From Candidatus Amesbacteria bacterium RIFCSPLOWO2_01_FULL_49_25 (lineage in GTDB: Bacteria > Patescibacteriota > Microgenomatia > CAZETR01 > Amesbacteraceae): DNA of 64,000 nt. Below, piece by piece: positions 18,861 through 28,809 of the stretch. A program made the position numbers and the translations under genes. The stretch spans positions 102,767 to 166,766 of the forward strand of contig MEXP01000020.1 in assembly GCA_001773725.1 (NCBI GenBank), written 5' to 3'. Numbering within the stretch: position 1 is the first letter of the stretch; each line of letters starts with the position of its first letter. The notes below the pieces were generated by a model that saw nothing but the letters and a program-made list of their open reading frames with translations, did no database searches and had not been told where the DNA came from.

Positions 18861-20984
18861 ATGCGCAAGCACCGGTCTCTGCTCGGCCGTAAGAAGTTTC
18901 AAGTCCGGCTCAAGCAATCTACAATTTACTCAGCCACCGCCATTGTTCTTTTTGCCATATCGGGAATCATTTGGATTTCATTTACCAAAGGCAGTCTTCC
19001 CTTACTTCGCCTTAATAACTTTCTGGTTGAAAATTTCGGCCTTTTTACATCTTTTTTTCTGCCGTTCCCTTTTTTAATTGGTGGCCTAATGCTCACCAAA
19101 ATCAAATCTTCACTCGCCGAACCCAACACCCTTCTTGGCAGCCTGATCATCTTGATCTCATTAATGGGCTTAGTTCATACCGGAGGCCTTGGGCTGCTGC
19201 TCTGGCAAAATTCGTCTACCCTTCTTTCTCCGGCCGGTACGGCGCTCTTCTTACTCGCCGGCCTCGGCATCGGCTTCATCGTCATGTTCAATGTCCCCTT
19301 CGAAGAAGCGCTCAATTGGGTAATTAGCCTATTCCGTGCGCTTTTTTCATTGGCCTCCCGTTTTAAAACAGCTGAAAGGTCCCTCGAAAAAGTCCCCAAA
19401 ATTGGTGGCATGGTAAACGCTCCTGCCGTATTACCCGGTAAGGAATCTCCCAAACAGCTCAAACTTCCCCAGGCTAGCAACCGACCCCAGCCCACTACCC
19501 CCGCAGGCGCCGCCGACCAGCCCTGGCATTATCCCCCCCTCTCGCTTTTATCCGAAAGTATCTCTGGCAAAGCCGATCGAGGCGATCCCCGGACCAACGC
19601 CGCCATTATTGAAAAAACCCTCGAGGCCTTTGGTATTACCGCCAAAGTGATAGAGATTAATTATGGCCCGGCCGTGACCCAATACGCCCTGGAAGTAGCC
19701 ATAGGTACCAAACTCTCCAAAATTTCGGCTCTGGGATCAGACCTTGCGCTGGCTCTTGCCGCCCCCACCGGCCAAATCCGTATCGAGGCCCCCATTCCTG
19801 GCCGCTCTCTAGTCGGCATAGAATTACCCAATCGTGCTCCAGAGTTTGTCTCCCTTCGAAAAATATTAGAATCAGACGCCCTCAAGCATCACAAAAGCAA
19901 AATTGCCGTGGCCTTAGGCCTGGACGTTTCCGGATCTCCCATAGTTGGGGATATCGCCCGCATGCCCCATATCTTAATAGCCGGCAGCACCGGATCCGGC
20001 AAATCGGTTTGCATAAATGCTTTTATAGCTTCGCTTCTGTTTCGCACTAGCCCTCAGGAGCTCAATCTTATTATGATCGATCCCAAACGCGTGGAACTTA
20101 CCGGCTTCAACGGCATTCCCCATTTGTTGACTCCGGTCATAGTCGAACCGGACAAAGTTCTCTCGGCTCTCAAATGGGCCATGTCCGAAATGGATCGTCG
20201 TTACAAGCTGTTTGCCGAAGTCGGTGTCAGAAATCTGGAAGCCTACAATGAGCTTTCCGGCTTTCAAGCCTTGCCTTACATTATGATTTTTGTAGACGAG
20301 CTCGCCGATATCATGCTGTTTGCCCCAGTCGAGGTGGAAGACGCCATTACCAGAATCGCCCAGATGGCTAGGGCTACTGGTATCCACTTGATTATTGCCA
20401 CTCAGCGCCCCTCGGTCGACGTAATTACCGGCCTGATCAAAGCCAATATCCCCACCCGTATTGCTTTTGCGGTCTCATCCATGATCGACTCTCGGGTGAT
20501 CATCGACAGCCCCGGCGCCGAAAAACTTTTAGGCAAAGGAGACATGCTTTACGTTCCGCCGGACCAAGCGAAACCCATTCGCATTCAGGGAGCATTTATA
20601 TCTGACAAAGAAATCCATCAGCTCATCGACTATCTCAAAAAACAAGGCGTTGCGCCCCACTACACTGAAGAAGTAACTACCATGCCCATTACCAGCCGAG
20701 CCGGAGGTCGAATGGGCTCTTCCAAAGGATCGGCTTTTATTTCTCCCAATGGTGAAGACCGCGACGCATTGTTTGCAGATGCCTTTCGTCTTATTGTCCA
20801 ACACCAAAACGCTTCCGCCTCATTTTTACAGCGCAAACTTAGTATCGGTTACGCCCGGGCCGCTCGAATACTTGACGAACTCCACCAGGCCGGTGTCATC
20901 GGCCCCACCGATGGCGCCAAGCCCCGCGATATTCTAATTACCGACGTCGACTCCTTCCTCTCCCAGCAATCAGTCGAACAATAG
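18861..20984 (+). CDS. ftsK: DNA translocase FtsK/SpoIIIE
   Basis: N-terminal TMs, PHILIAGSTGSGKS, DELAD, QRPSVDVITG, gamma domain LQRKLSIGYARAAR; start moved to ATG 18861. Confidence 0.96.
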   Translation: MRKHRSLLGRKKFQVRLKQSTIYSATAIVLFAISGIIWISFTKGSLPLLRLNNFLVENFGLFTSFFLPFPFLIGGLMLTKIKSSLAEPNTLLGSLIILISLMGLVHTGGLGLLLWQNSSTLLSPAGTALFLLAGLGIGFIVMFNVPFEEALNWVISLFRALFSLASRFKTAERSLEKVPKIGGMVNAPAVLPGKESPKQLKLPQASNRPQPTTPAGAADQPWHYPPLSLLSESISGKADRGDPRTNAAIIEKTLEAFGITAKVIEINYGPAVTQYALEVAIGTKLSKISALGSDLALALAAPTGQIRIEAPIPGRSLVGIELPNRAPEFVSLRKILESDALKHHKSKIAVALGLDVSGSPIVGDIARMPHILIAGSTGSGKSVCINAFIASLLFRTSPQELNLIMIDPKRVELTGFNGIPHLLTPVIVEPDKVLSALKWAMSEMDRRYKLFAEVGVRNLEAYNELSGFQALPYIMIFVDELADIMLFAPVEVEDAITRIAQMARATGIHLIIATQRPSVDVITGLIKANIPTRIAFAVSSMIDSRVIIDSPGAEKLLGKGDMLYVPPDQAKPIRIQGAFISDKEIHQLIDYLKKQGVAPHYTEEVTTMPITSRAGGRMGSSKGSAFISPNGEDRDALFADAFRLIVQHQNASASFLQRKLSIGYARAARILDELHQAGVIGPTDGAKPRDILITDVDSFLSQQSVEQ

Positions 20985-20991
20985 GTGTCGT

Positions 20992-21630
20992 ATGAAAACT
21001 GCCGGACAGATATTGCAATCAGCTAGACTGGCAAAAAAACTCGAAATCGAGGATATCTCCCGCATCACTAAAATCCGCCCCAATTTTTTACTCTCCATTG
21101 AAGCCGATGACTATTCGCGCCTTCCATCAACCGTCGCTCGCGGTTTCATCAGAAATTATGCTAAGATTTTGGATCTCAAACCCGAAACAATTCTGGCCGT
21201 CTTTCGTCGGGATTTTATCGAGACATCCGCTGGCCACATCGTTCCTCGGGGCCTAGCCCAGCCCGCCCAAAAACCCAACTTCTGGACCCCAAAAACCACA
21301 GTCATTGCAGCTCTGGTATGTGTCTTTTTCTTGTTTGGAGCGTATTTAATCTATCAATATCGCCTCCTAACCGGTCCGCCCAGTCTAACTATCACCGCGC
21401 CGGCCGACCTTACATCAACTACTTCAGACAACATGGAAGTCACGGGCCTTACCGACCCCGAAGCCGCTCTCTACGTAAACAACCAGCTAATCTCTTTAGA
21501 CAACGGTGGACATTTCTCTTTCCGCATCCCCTTGGTTCTTGGGGAAAACTTAATCACCATTACCGCTTCCGGCAAATCCGGAAAGAGCACTACTCTGACC
21601 AGGAGTGTTATCTTGACAACCGGCAACTAA
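20992..21630 (+). CDS. RodZ-like HTH membrane protein with a C-terminal Ig-like domain
   Basis: GQILQSAR...ITKIR...IEADDY...GFIRNYA, then a single TM and a beta-rich tail; follows ftsK as rodZ homologues often do. Confidence 0.75.
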   Translation: MKTAGQILQSARLAKKLEIEDISRITKIRPNFLLSIEADDYSRLPSTVARGFIRNYAKILDLKPETILAVFRRDFIETSAGHIVPRGLAQPAQKPNFWTPKTTVIAALVCVFFLFGAYLIYQYRLLTGPPSLTITAPADLTSTTSDNMEVTGLTDPEAALYVNNQLISLDNGGHFSFRIPLVLGENLITITASGKSGKSTTLTRSVILTTGN

Positions 21631-21652
21631 ACGATTTAACCTTTTCCTCACC

Positions 21653-21988
21653 ATGCCTCTCTTTGTTCAATTTTTACTCACTCTCGTCATTACCACTCTT
21701 ACCCTATTGGTCACTTTTGCCTCCATTCAAATATTCCATATTCTCCATGAATTCCGCTTAACCCTCAAACGCCTAAATCGGATATTGGACAACACACAGA
21801 CACTTTCTAATACCGCCGCCAAACCAATTACTGCCGTCAACGAATTTTTTACCGAAGTCAAAGATTTAGTGGACAAGACCCAGGACGAAATTATCGACTC
21901 CACTCCCGATCGAGTCATCCCCGAGTCCCGCATGAGCCGCGTCCGTCACTTCTTCCGCCGCTCCGGCATCCCCCTTCATTCTTCGTAG
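21653..21988 (+). CDS. Small membrane-anchored coiled-coil protein (DUF948-like)
   Basis: N-terminal TM followed by an amphipathic helix. Confidence 0.6.
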   Translation: MPLFVQFLLTLVITTLTLLVTFASIQIFHILHEFRLTLKRLNRILDNTQTLSNTAAKPITAVNEFFTEVKDLVDKTQDEIIDSTPDRVIPESRMSRVRHFFRRSGIPLHSS

Positions 21989-21991
21989 CCC

Positions 21992-22027
21992 TTTGCAATA
22001 TTTTAACGATCGTTGATAAATTGCAAA
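21992..22027. terminator. Palindromic hairpin between convergent genes
   Basis: TTTGCAAT...AACGATCGTT...ATTGCAAA. Confidence 0.45.
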
Positions 22028-22063
22028 AATCCCGCCTCAGAATAGAAGTATCTGATATCTTTA

Positions 22064-22432
22064 TTAACAAGCTATTAACGTACAGGGCACACGTCCATCA
22101 TCACACGAACAAACATTACAGCCGTCTCCGGCTTCAAACCCATCTCCATCTTTATAGACGACTCCATTGTAGTTGCAACTCTTTTTACCATTGGTAGGTG
22201 TAAGTTCCACCTCGCCTTTTTGGTCAAATTTAGATAGTCGACCCCAAATCATGCGAACCAGCGATGGTTTCCATTCTATATCTCCCTTTTGTGGACACTT
22301 AGGACATTGAGAGCGGGGGACAGTAGGATCGCAAGGTTGGCAAAGAACTTGCTCTTGGATAATATAAGGAATTGGAGTAAATAAAAGTGCCAATCCGGAA
22401 GTTAACAATACAATAATGATCCAGAGCCTCAT
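22064..22432 (-). CDS. Secreted Cys-rich protein with a C-terminal pacifastin/VWC-like module
   Basis: Signal/TM, CxxC..CxxC, then C...CNVCSCDDGRVPCTLIAC. Confidence 0.7.
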   Translation of the reverse strand: MRLWIIIVLLTSGLALLFTPIPYIIQEQVLCQPCDPTVPRSQCPKCPQKGDIEWKPSLVRMIWGRLSKFDQKGEVELTPTNGKKSCNYNGVVYKDGDGFEAGDGCNVCSCDDGRVPCTLIAC

Positions 22433-22468
22433 TTGCTTAAAGTATAATACAGCAGATAAAATGATGAA

Positions 22469-24385
22469 ATGATTTCAGCTAACGAAATAAGACAGAAGTA
22501 TCTGGAGTTTTTTGAGAGGAGGGGACACAAAATCATTCCCTCTGCCCCCCTCGTCCCCGAAAACGACCCCACCGTGTTGTTCACTACCGCCGGCATGCAC
22601 CCGCTCGTACCCTATCTACTGGGCCAACCCCATCCTTTGGGTAAGCGTCTGGTAGACTATCAAAAATGTCTTCGCACCGATGATATTGATGAAGTAGGGG
22701 ATACTTTCCATCACACATTCTTTGAAATGTTAGGCAATTGGTCTCTGGGCGATTACTTTAAAAAAGAAGCCATTAGTTGGTCGTATGAATTTCTGACGCA
22801 AGAGCTAAATATCGATCCGCACCGTCTGTATATCAGTTGCTTTGCCGGCGACGCCGATGCTTCCAAAGATGAAGAATCGGCGGCAATTTGGAAAGAGGTT
22901 GGTATTCCCCGGGATCGTATTTATTTTTTCGGCAAAAAAGATAACTGGTGGGGCCCAGCGGGCCAGACCGGACCTTGTGGTCCTGATACGGAGATGTACT
23001 ACGACACTACTCAGAAACCATGTGGACCTAATTGTCAACCAGGAGACAATTGCGGTCGGTTTTGTGAAATTTGGAATGACGTGTTTATGCAATACAACAA
23101 AACGGCGGATGGCAAATTCGAAAAATTGCCCCAGCCCAACGTCGATACCGGCATGGGCCTGGAACGAACTTCTGCAGTTCTCAATGGTTTTGACGACAAT
23201 TATCTTACCGACCTCTGGCAACCAATAATTAAATCTATTGAAAGAGTTGTAGGTAAAAGTTACGAAGAGCACGAAAGACCATTTCGCATCATTGCCGATC
23301 ACCTCAGAGCTGCTGTATTTATTATTTCCGACGGTGTTCAACCTTCAAATAAAGAACAGGGTTACGTTTTGAGAAGATTACTCCGCAGAGCTGCTTACCA
23401 ACTTGCAGAGCTGGGGATTAGTTCTGAAACAGCTGCAAAAACCATAGTCAACTCAATTATAGAAGTAATGTCTCGGTTCTATCCCGAATTGCACGAACAT
23501 CACGAAAACATTTCTAATGTGGTAAATTTTGAGCTAATAAAATTTACCGACACTCTCAAAAGAAATTTACCTGAGTTTATTTCCAAGTATCCCAAAAAAT
23601 ACCCCCTTAATAATAATGATGATGCACGTTTTCTCCTCGATCATAATTTGGGGCCATTGAAAATTGACACTGACACATTTCTCACGAAGGTTGGATCATT
23701 CCAGTCGTTACCTAGCATTGCAGCAGGAACAGCAGTTTTTTATGGATCGGCGTCGTACGGGTTACCCCCGGATTACTCCATGAACGTAGTTAATGATTGG
23801 GTAAAAGCGAATCTTGTTAAAGAAGATATCGAAAAAGCAATTACAAAAATGGGAGAATTGCATCAGGACCTCTCTCGCACCGCCAGTAAAGGCATGTTCC
23901 GGGGCGGATTACAGGACCAGTCAGAAATTACGACCAAATATCATACCGCCACCCATCTCCTGCACGCCGCCCTGCGCCAAGTATTAGGCCCCCACGTCCA
24001 GCAGAAGGGTAGCAATATCACCAGCGCTAGACTGCGCTTCGATTTCTCCCATTCCTCAAAATTATCGGCTGACGAAATAGAAAAAATCGAAACCTTAGTC
24101 AATCAAAAAATAATCGAGGACATCCCCGTAACCAAGCGCGTTTTGCCCAAATCCCAGGCCTTGGCCGATGGAGTTCTGGCCTTCTTTCCCGAACGTTATC
24201 CTGATGTTACTTCAGTTTATCAGATAGGCGATTTTTCCCAGGAACTTTGTGGCGGGCCCCACGTCAATTCGACAGCCGAGATTGGAGGTATTAAGATAAC
24301 CAAAGAAGAGTCTGCCGGTTCCGGCATCAGACGTATCTATGCCCAACTTTCACCTGCCATTTCTCAAGCAGAAAAAAGAAGATAG
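22469..24385 (+). CDS. alaS: Alanine--tRNA ligase (short form, no C-Ala domain)
   Basis: LFTTAGMHPL, TFFEMLGNWS, GPCGPDTE, DTGMGLER; editing motifs HTATHLLH and ELCGGPH. Confidence 0.97.
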   Translation: MISANEIRQKYLEFFERRGHKIIPSAPLVPENDPTVLFTTAGMHPLVPYLLGQPHPLGKRLVDYQKCLRTDDIDEVGDTFHHTFFEMLGNWSLGDYFKKEAISWSYEFLTQELNIDPHRLYISCFAGDADASKDEESAAIWKEVGIPRDRIYFFGKKDNWWGPAGQTGPCGPDTEMYYDTTQKPCGPNCQPGDNCGRFCEIWNDVFMQYNKTADGKFEKLPQPNVDTGMGLERTSAVLNGFDDNYLTDLWQPIIKSIERVVGKSYEEHERPFRIIADHLRAAVFIISDGVQPSNKEQGYVLRRLLRRAAYQLAELGISSETAAKTIVNSIIEVMSRFYPELHEHHENISNVVNFELIKFTDTLKRNLPEFISKYPKKYPLNNNDDARFLLDHNLGPLKIDTDTFLTKVGSFQSLPSIAAGTAVFYGSASYGLPPDYSMNVVNDWVKANLVKEDIEKAITKMGELHQDLSRTASKGMFRGGLQDQSEITTKYHTATHLLHAALRQVLGPHVQQKGSNITSARLRFDFSHSSKLSADEIEKIETLVNQKIIEDIPVTKRVLPKSQALADGVLAFFPERYPDVTSVYQIGDFSQELCGGPHVNSTAEIGGIKITKEESAGSGIRRIYAQLSPAISQAEKRR

Positions 24386-26465
24386 TCATAAGGCTACCTC
24401 CCGCGAATACTTTCTTGCTTTGGAAATATCGCACGGCGTCGTCAAGAGTGCCGTTTGGTCGGTAATCAACGACAAAACCCAAGTTCTCTCCGTCGGTGCC
24501 AGCTCCGACTGGGACGACGCCACCCCCGATAGTCTCGTGACCGCCTCAGACGCCTCTCTTACCGACTGTCTCTCCAAGCTCGATCCTCAGGGTAAAATAA
24601 GCCCGGACAAAGTAATCTTCGGCCTCCCGCCCGACTGGATAGAGGCTGACAAAATCAGCCCTTCCCGTCTGCAATTTTTAAAAATAATTTCTCAAAAGCT
24701 TTCTCTCCGCCCCGTGGGTTACGTCGTTACCCCCGAAGCCGTGGTTAGATTTCTGGCCCATTCCGAGGGCGTTCCTCCCACGGCCATCTGCCTGGGCTTC
24801 TGGTCCAATTTTGTCGAAGTGACGCTGGTCCGTCTGGGCAAAATAATTGGCATTCACGAAGTCTCCAGAAGTCCCCATCCCGCGGCTGATGTCCTGGAAG
24901 GCTTATCCCGATTTACTCACATCGACATGTTTCCCTCGCGCATGCTGCTTTACGACTCCGGCCTTCATTTGGAAAACATTAAGCAACAGCTTTTAACTCA
25001 TCCCTGGCAAGCCCCCCAAAATCGTCTACCATTTCTTCACTTTCCCAAAATCGAAGTCCTCCCTCCGGATTTTACTGTCAGAGCTATAGCCCTATCTGGG
25101 GGGGCAGAAGTGGCCAAAGCCAGCGGCTTGCTGCCTGACCAAGAAGAAACCGCCCCCGTCGAACCCCCGTCCGCCGACTTAGGTTTTTATCCTCCCAGCC
25201 ACCCCCCTTCACCCGCACCCTTACCCCAGCCTCCCCGCCCTCATCCGTATCCACCCGCCGAAGCGTCCCCTGTGCGCAACAAGCTCCCCCCCCTGCCGAA
25301 TTTCAAACTCAAATTTCCCAGAGTTTCCTTTTCACCGGGACCAGTCCTAGTTTCTCTCTTCCTTATTCTCATCCTGGGCGGTCTTGGCCTGGCATACTGG
25401 TATCTTCCCAAGTCAAAAATTGTGCTCCAGGTAACTCCCCGCACCCTCACCACCCAGTTTGAATTTGTAGCCGATGCCGCCAGTCCTTCTGCCGATCTGG
25501 AAAACTCCATCCTTCCCAGTCTTCAGCTTTCGGCTTCAGTCGACGGGAGTCAGACCACCAATACTACCGGGACGCTGCTGGTTGGAGACAAGGCCACCGG
25601 TTCAGTTACCATCTCCAACGCTCTCGATACCCCCAAAACCTTTCCTGCCGGCACCACCATAAATACTCCTTCCGGACTCAAGTTTCTCCTAATGGAGTCC
25701 GTCACGGTTGCCTCAGCCAGTGGCAGCGCCGGAAATTTACTGGTAGGCAAAGCCCCTGCCAAAATCACCGCCGCCCAAATTGGCTCAGATTCAAATCTCA
25801 CTGCCGGCACCACGTTTCGAGTCGCATCTTTTGCCGTTACTCAAATCTCAGCTCTCAACGAAACGGCATTTTCTGGCGGCTCCAGCCGCACCGTAGCGGC
25901 TGTGGATAAAAATGACATTTCGTCACTTCGCTCCCAACTATCTTCTTCTCTCAACAGCTCTCTCAAAGACAAATTATCTTCCCAGCTCTCCCCCGATCAG
26001 CTTCTCCTCGCCGAGACTCTCCAAACAGAAACCCCCACCGAAAGCTTCGACCACAAATTAGGTGACGCCGCCGACTCTCTCACTCTCTCTCTTTCCTTGA
26101 GTGCCTCCGCCACAGCCGTCTCCCGTTCAGACATTTTTGCTCTAGTTAAAGGCCAAATTCAAAGTCAGATTCCCGAAGGCTATGAATTTAGCGGTGATCC
26201 TGAGTTTACCTTCTCTGTGCTTAAGGCTTCTGCCACCAAAGCCACCATCCAAACCCAGGCCAAAGCATCGCTCCTTCCCCGTTTTGATTCAGCTCAAATT
26301 GCCCAAGCGGTATCCGGTAAATCCCTGCCAGTCGCCAGTACATATTTAGAAAGCTTACCTGGAGTTTCACATGTGGATGTCATATTTAGCCCCCCCCTTC
26401 CAAAGCTTCTCCTCGTATTACCGCGGTTACCTTCCCATATATCAGTTTCGGTTAGTCCCCAATGA
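24339..26465 (+). CDS. Bitopic protein: actin-like (FtsA/PilM-like) N-terminal region, Pro-rich linker, TM, baseplate-J-like extracellular region
   Basis: YFLALEI first strand; A.G.VTI.N...P.GT...G..F; A...G...N; GG.SR..V...D pattern. Domain calls are by motif recall only. Confidence 0.55.
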   Translation: MPNFHLPFLKQKKEDSHKATSREYFLALEISHGVVKSAVWSVINDKTQVLSVGASSDWDDATPDSLVTASDASLTDCLSKLDPQGKISPDKVIFGLPPDWIEADKISPSRLQFLKIISQKLSLRPVGYVVTPEAVVRFLAHSEGVPPTAICLGFWSNFVEVTLVRLGKIIGIHEVSRSPHPAADVLEGLSRFTHIDMFPSRMLLYDSGLHLENIKQQLLTHPWQAPQNRLPFLHFPKIEVLPPDFTVRAIALSGGAEVAKASGLLPDQEETAPVEPPSADLGFYPPSHPPSPAPLPQPPRPHPYPPAEASPVRNKLPPLPNFKLKFPRVSFSPGPVLVSLFLILILGGLGLAYWYLPKSKIVLQVTPRTLTTQFEFVADAASPSADLENSILPSLQLSASVDGSQTTNTTGTLLVGDKATGSVTISNALDTPKTFPAGTTINTPSGLKFLLMESVTVASASGSAGNLLVGKAPAKITAAQIGSDSNLTAGTTFRVASFAVTQISALNETAFSGGSSRTVAAVDKNDISSLRSQLSSSLNSSLKDKLSSQLSPDQLLLAETLQTETPTESFDHKLGDAADSLTLSLSLSASATAVSRSDIFALVKGQIQSQIPEGYEFSGDPEFTFSVLKASATKATIQTQAKASLLPRFDSAQIAQAVSGKSLPVASTYLESLPGVSHVDVIFSPPLPKLLLVLPRLPSHISVSVSPQ

Positions 26466-27118
26466 CCAGCCGGGTCCTCTCCCTCTTTCTTCTTACGATC
26501 GGATTCGGGATCATGATATCCGTCCTCCTTCCCATAATCGCTTCTCAATTTTCTCTTTGGTTTGACATTCGCTCCCGGCTCATAGATCCTACTGCGGTTT
26601 CAGCCTCTAGGCCAAAATTAACTATATTGCCTTACGGCCCTGATCTTACCCAGGCCGCCAGTTGGTTCACAGCCTCCCCCCAAATTTCCTCTCCTTCGGC
26701 GTCTCCGGTTTCAGACTTCTCTCTTTCCCTACCCTCTCTGAAAATCGATTCCCTCTCCGTCCGAATTAATGACACCGATCTAAAAACCGGCCCAATTCAT
26801 TATCCGGGCACCGCCTTACCGGGGGCTTTCGGAAACAGTGTGGTCTTCGGTCATTCTTCTCTGCCGATCTTTTACAATCCCCGAAATCCCTTAACCATCT
26901 TTAACCCTCTGCCAAAAATCAAAGTCGGCGATGACATTTACGTAACTTATTCTCAAACCGTCTTTCATTACGTCGTCAAAAATACCCAGACGGTAAAACC
27001 TGACAATATTACTGTCCTAGCCCAAAATTATTCCCAAAAACAGCTCACCCTCATCACCTGCGTCCCTCTAGGCACTTACTGGCGCCGCTTCGTAGCGACG
27101 GCCGAGCTGGTAAACTAG
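26462..27118 (+). CDS. Sortase
   Basis: HYPGTALPG..GNSVVFGHS, LTLITC and downstream R. Confidence 0.93.
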   Translation: MTSRVLSLFLLTIGFGIMISVLLPIIASQFSLWFDIRSRLIDPTAVSASRPKLTILPYGPDLTQAASWFTASPQISSPSASPVSDFSLSLPSLKIDSLSVRINDTDLKTGPIHYPGTALPGAFGNSVVFGHSSLPIFYNPRNPLTIFNPLPKIKVGDDIYVTYSQTVFHYVVKNTQTVKPDNITVLAQNYSQKQLTLITCVPLGTYWRRFVATAELVN

Positions 27119-27122
27119 ATGC

Positions 27123-27500
27123 ATGAGTTTTTTGGGCCTGGATTATGGGATCAAACATATCGGTGTGGCCGTGGCCGCCGGGCCTCTGGCCGAGCCGCTC
27201 ACAACCCTCCCCGCGAGCCGCGCCTTTAAATTAATTAACAAGTTAGTCGATAAGCGCCACATAGATACAATAATCATCGGCCGCCCGGATAAAAGCCTCA
27301 AAAAAGCCTTTGAAAATTTTATTAATTCTTTAGAAATTAGAAATTCGAAACTAGAAATTGTCGACGAGACCCTTTCCTCTTATGATGCCCGCGTCCATCT
27401 ACAGCACACCACTCAAAAAAGGCGCAAACAGAAGGAGCATTCCGTCTCCGCCGCCATAATCTTGCAGAGCTGGCTTGACTCTCACCCCCAAAAACTGTAA
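27123..27500 (+). CDS. ruvX: RuvX/YqgF family nuclease
   Basis: LGLDYGIKHIGVA, IIIG.P, VDETLSS, SAAIILQSWL. Confidence 0.9.
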   Translation: MSFLGLDYGIKHIGVAVAAGPLAEPLTTLPASRAFKLINKLVDKRHIDTIIIGRPDKSLKKAFENFINSLEIRNSKLEIVDETLSSYDARVHLQHTTQKRRKQKEHSVSAAIILQSWLDSHPQKL

Positions 27501-27510
27501 ATTGGCCCTA

Positions 27511-27711
27511 GTGTTCAAAAACGTCATCGCTCCGGTCCAAGCTTGGCTTCTTTCCCAGGGGAGATGTGTAGGTTGCGGCACGGACCTTTCCACCGGCAAG
27601 GTCGATACCCAAAACGGCCAGTCCAAAGTCACCTGTAAAAAGTGTGGGCGGATTTTTATCAAAGACGACTCGAGCAAAAAGTTTCGCCGCGCCTTATTCG
27701 AGGAAGTGTGA
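27511..27711 (+). CDS. Small zinc-ribbon protein
   Basis: CVGC...CKKC; probable GTG start at 27511, 7 nt after TAAATT. Confidence 0.7.
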   Translation: MFKNVIAPVQAWLLSQGRCVGCGTDLSTGKVDTQNGQSKVTCKKCGRIFIKDDSSKKFRRALFEEV

Positions 27712-28730
27712 ACAAGCCCCTAATTGTATTTATTCTGTCCATCTCATTGGCCTCAGCAGGATTTCTCACTGCCTATTTTTGGTGGATGTCTCAACTCGGT
27801 CCGGTCTCTCCGAATTCCGACTCCCAAGTCGAATTTATAGTCCCGCTTTCCCAATCAGCCGCAGATACCGTCTCAAATCTTTACCGCAACCGCCTTATCA
27901 AGTCTCCCCTTGTAGCCAAGTTTTATCTCAAATTTACCGGTCTGGACCAAAAGATCCGCCCCGGTTCCTATAATCTTTCTCCCGGTTTCAACCTCCCGAC
28001 TCTAATTAACTCTCTCATTTCCGGGCCAAATGACATTTGGGTTACTTTCCCGGAAGGTTGGCGTCGGGAACAAATTGGTCTTCGTCTCAAAAATACTTTA
28101 CCGATGTTTCCCCTGGCCGATTTTTTGGAACAAACAGCCACCCTGGAAGGCCGTCTTTTCCCTGATACTTATCTCATCCCGCCCTCAGCCGATGTTTTTC
28201 AAATTATTGCCATACTAGAAGCAAATTTTTTTAAAAAAACCCAAGTTTATCCAGACCAAACCTACCCCATCCCTTTTGGCCGGGAACTACCCAGCCTTTC
28301 TGGCTCTCAGACTCTCATCTTGTCCTCCCTTGTCGAGCGCGAGGCCCGTCTTGACGCCGATCGCCCCACCATTGCCGGAATCTTGCTCAAACGCTATCTC
28401 TCCGGTTGGCCGCTTCAAGTCGATGCCACAGTTCAATACGCTCAAGATACAGATAATTTCAAGATTTACTCGCAAAGCGAACGCATTTCAAATTTCAAAT
28501 TTTGGGAACCCATATTTGACACAAAATATCCTTCGCCTTACAACACCTATCTTGCCCCCGGTTTGCCTCCCGCTCCCATCGCCAATCCCGGTCTGGCCGC
28601 AATTACTTCCGTGCTTCACCCTCAATACAGCGATTACTGGTACTATCTCACCGGTACCGACGGTGTCACCCGTTACGCCGCCACTATTGACGAGCACCAA
28701 ACCAATATTGACAAATACCTCAAACCCTGA
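27708..28730 (+). CDS. mltG: Endolytic transglycosylase MltG
   Basis: VTFPEG, LEGRLFPDTY, SLVEREA, LQVDATVQY, SPYNTY..GLPP.PI.NPG; probable GTG start at 27708. Confidence 0.95.
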   Translation: MNKPLIVFILSISLASAGFLTAYFWWMSQLGPVSPNSDSQVEFIVPLSQSAADTVSNLYRNRLIKSPLVAKFYLKFTGLDQKIRPGSYNLSPGFNLPTLINSLISGPNDIWVTFPEGWRREQIGLRLKNTLPMFPLADFLEQTATLEGRLFPDTYLIPPSADVFQIIAILEANFFKKTQVYPDQTYPIPFGRELPSLSGSQTLILSSLVEREARLDADRPTIAGILLKRYLSGWPLQVDATVQYAQDTDNFKIYSQSERISNFKFWEPIFDTKYPSPYNTYLAPGLPPAPIANPGLAAITSVLHPQYSDYWYYLTGTDGVTRYAATIDEHQTNIDKYLKP

Positions 28731-28750
28731 TATAAGAAACTAACTTTTTC

Positions 28751-28782
28751 GGTTAGACGGCCACTGGTCGCCTAGCTTTTTT
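28751..28782 (+). terminator. Possible intrinsic terminator between mltG and rpoB
   Basis: Imperfect stem GGTTAG-ACGGCC/GGTCG-CCTAGC followed by a T run. Confidence 0.4.
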
Positions 28783-28809
28783 GCGTCCCTAAGGTTTCAA
28801 ATACTACCA

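Noticed and set aside
24339-26465. Baseplate-J-like region as evidence of a prophage or tailocin
   Set aside because: No other phage structural or integration genes; it is embedded among housekeeping genes.
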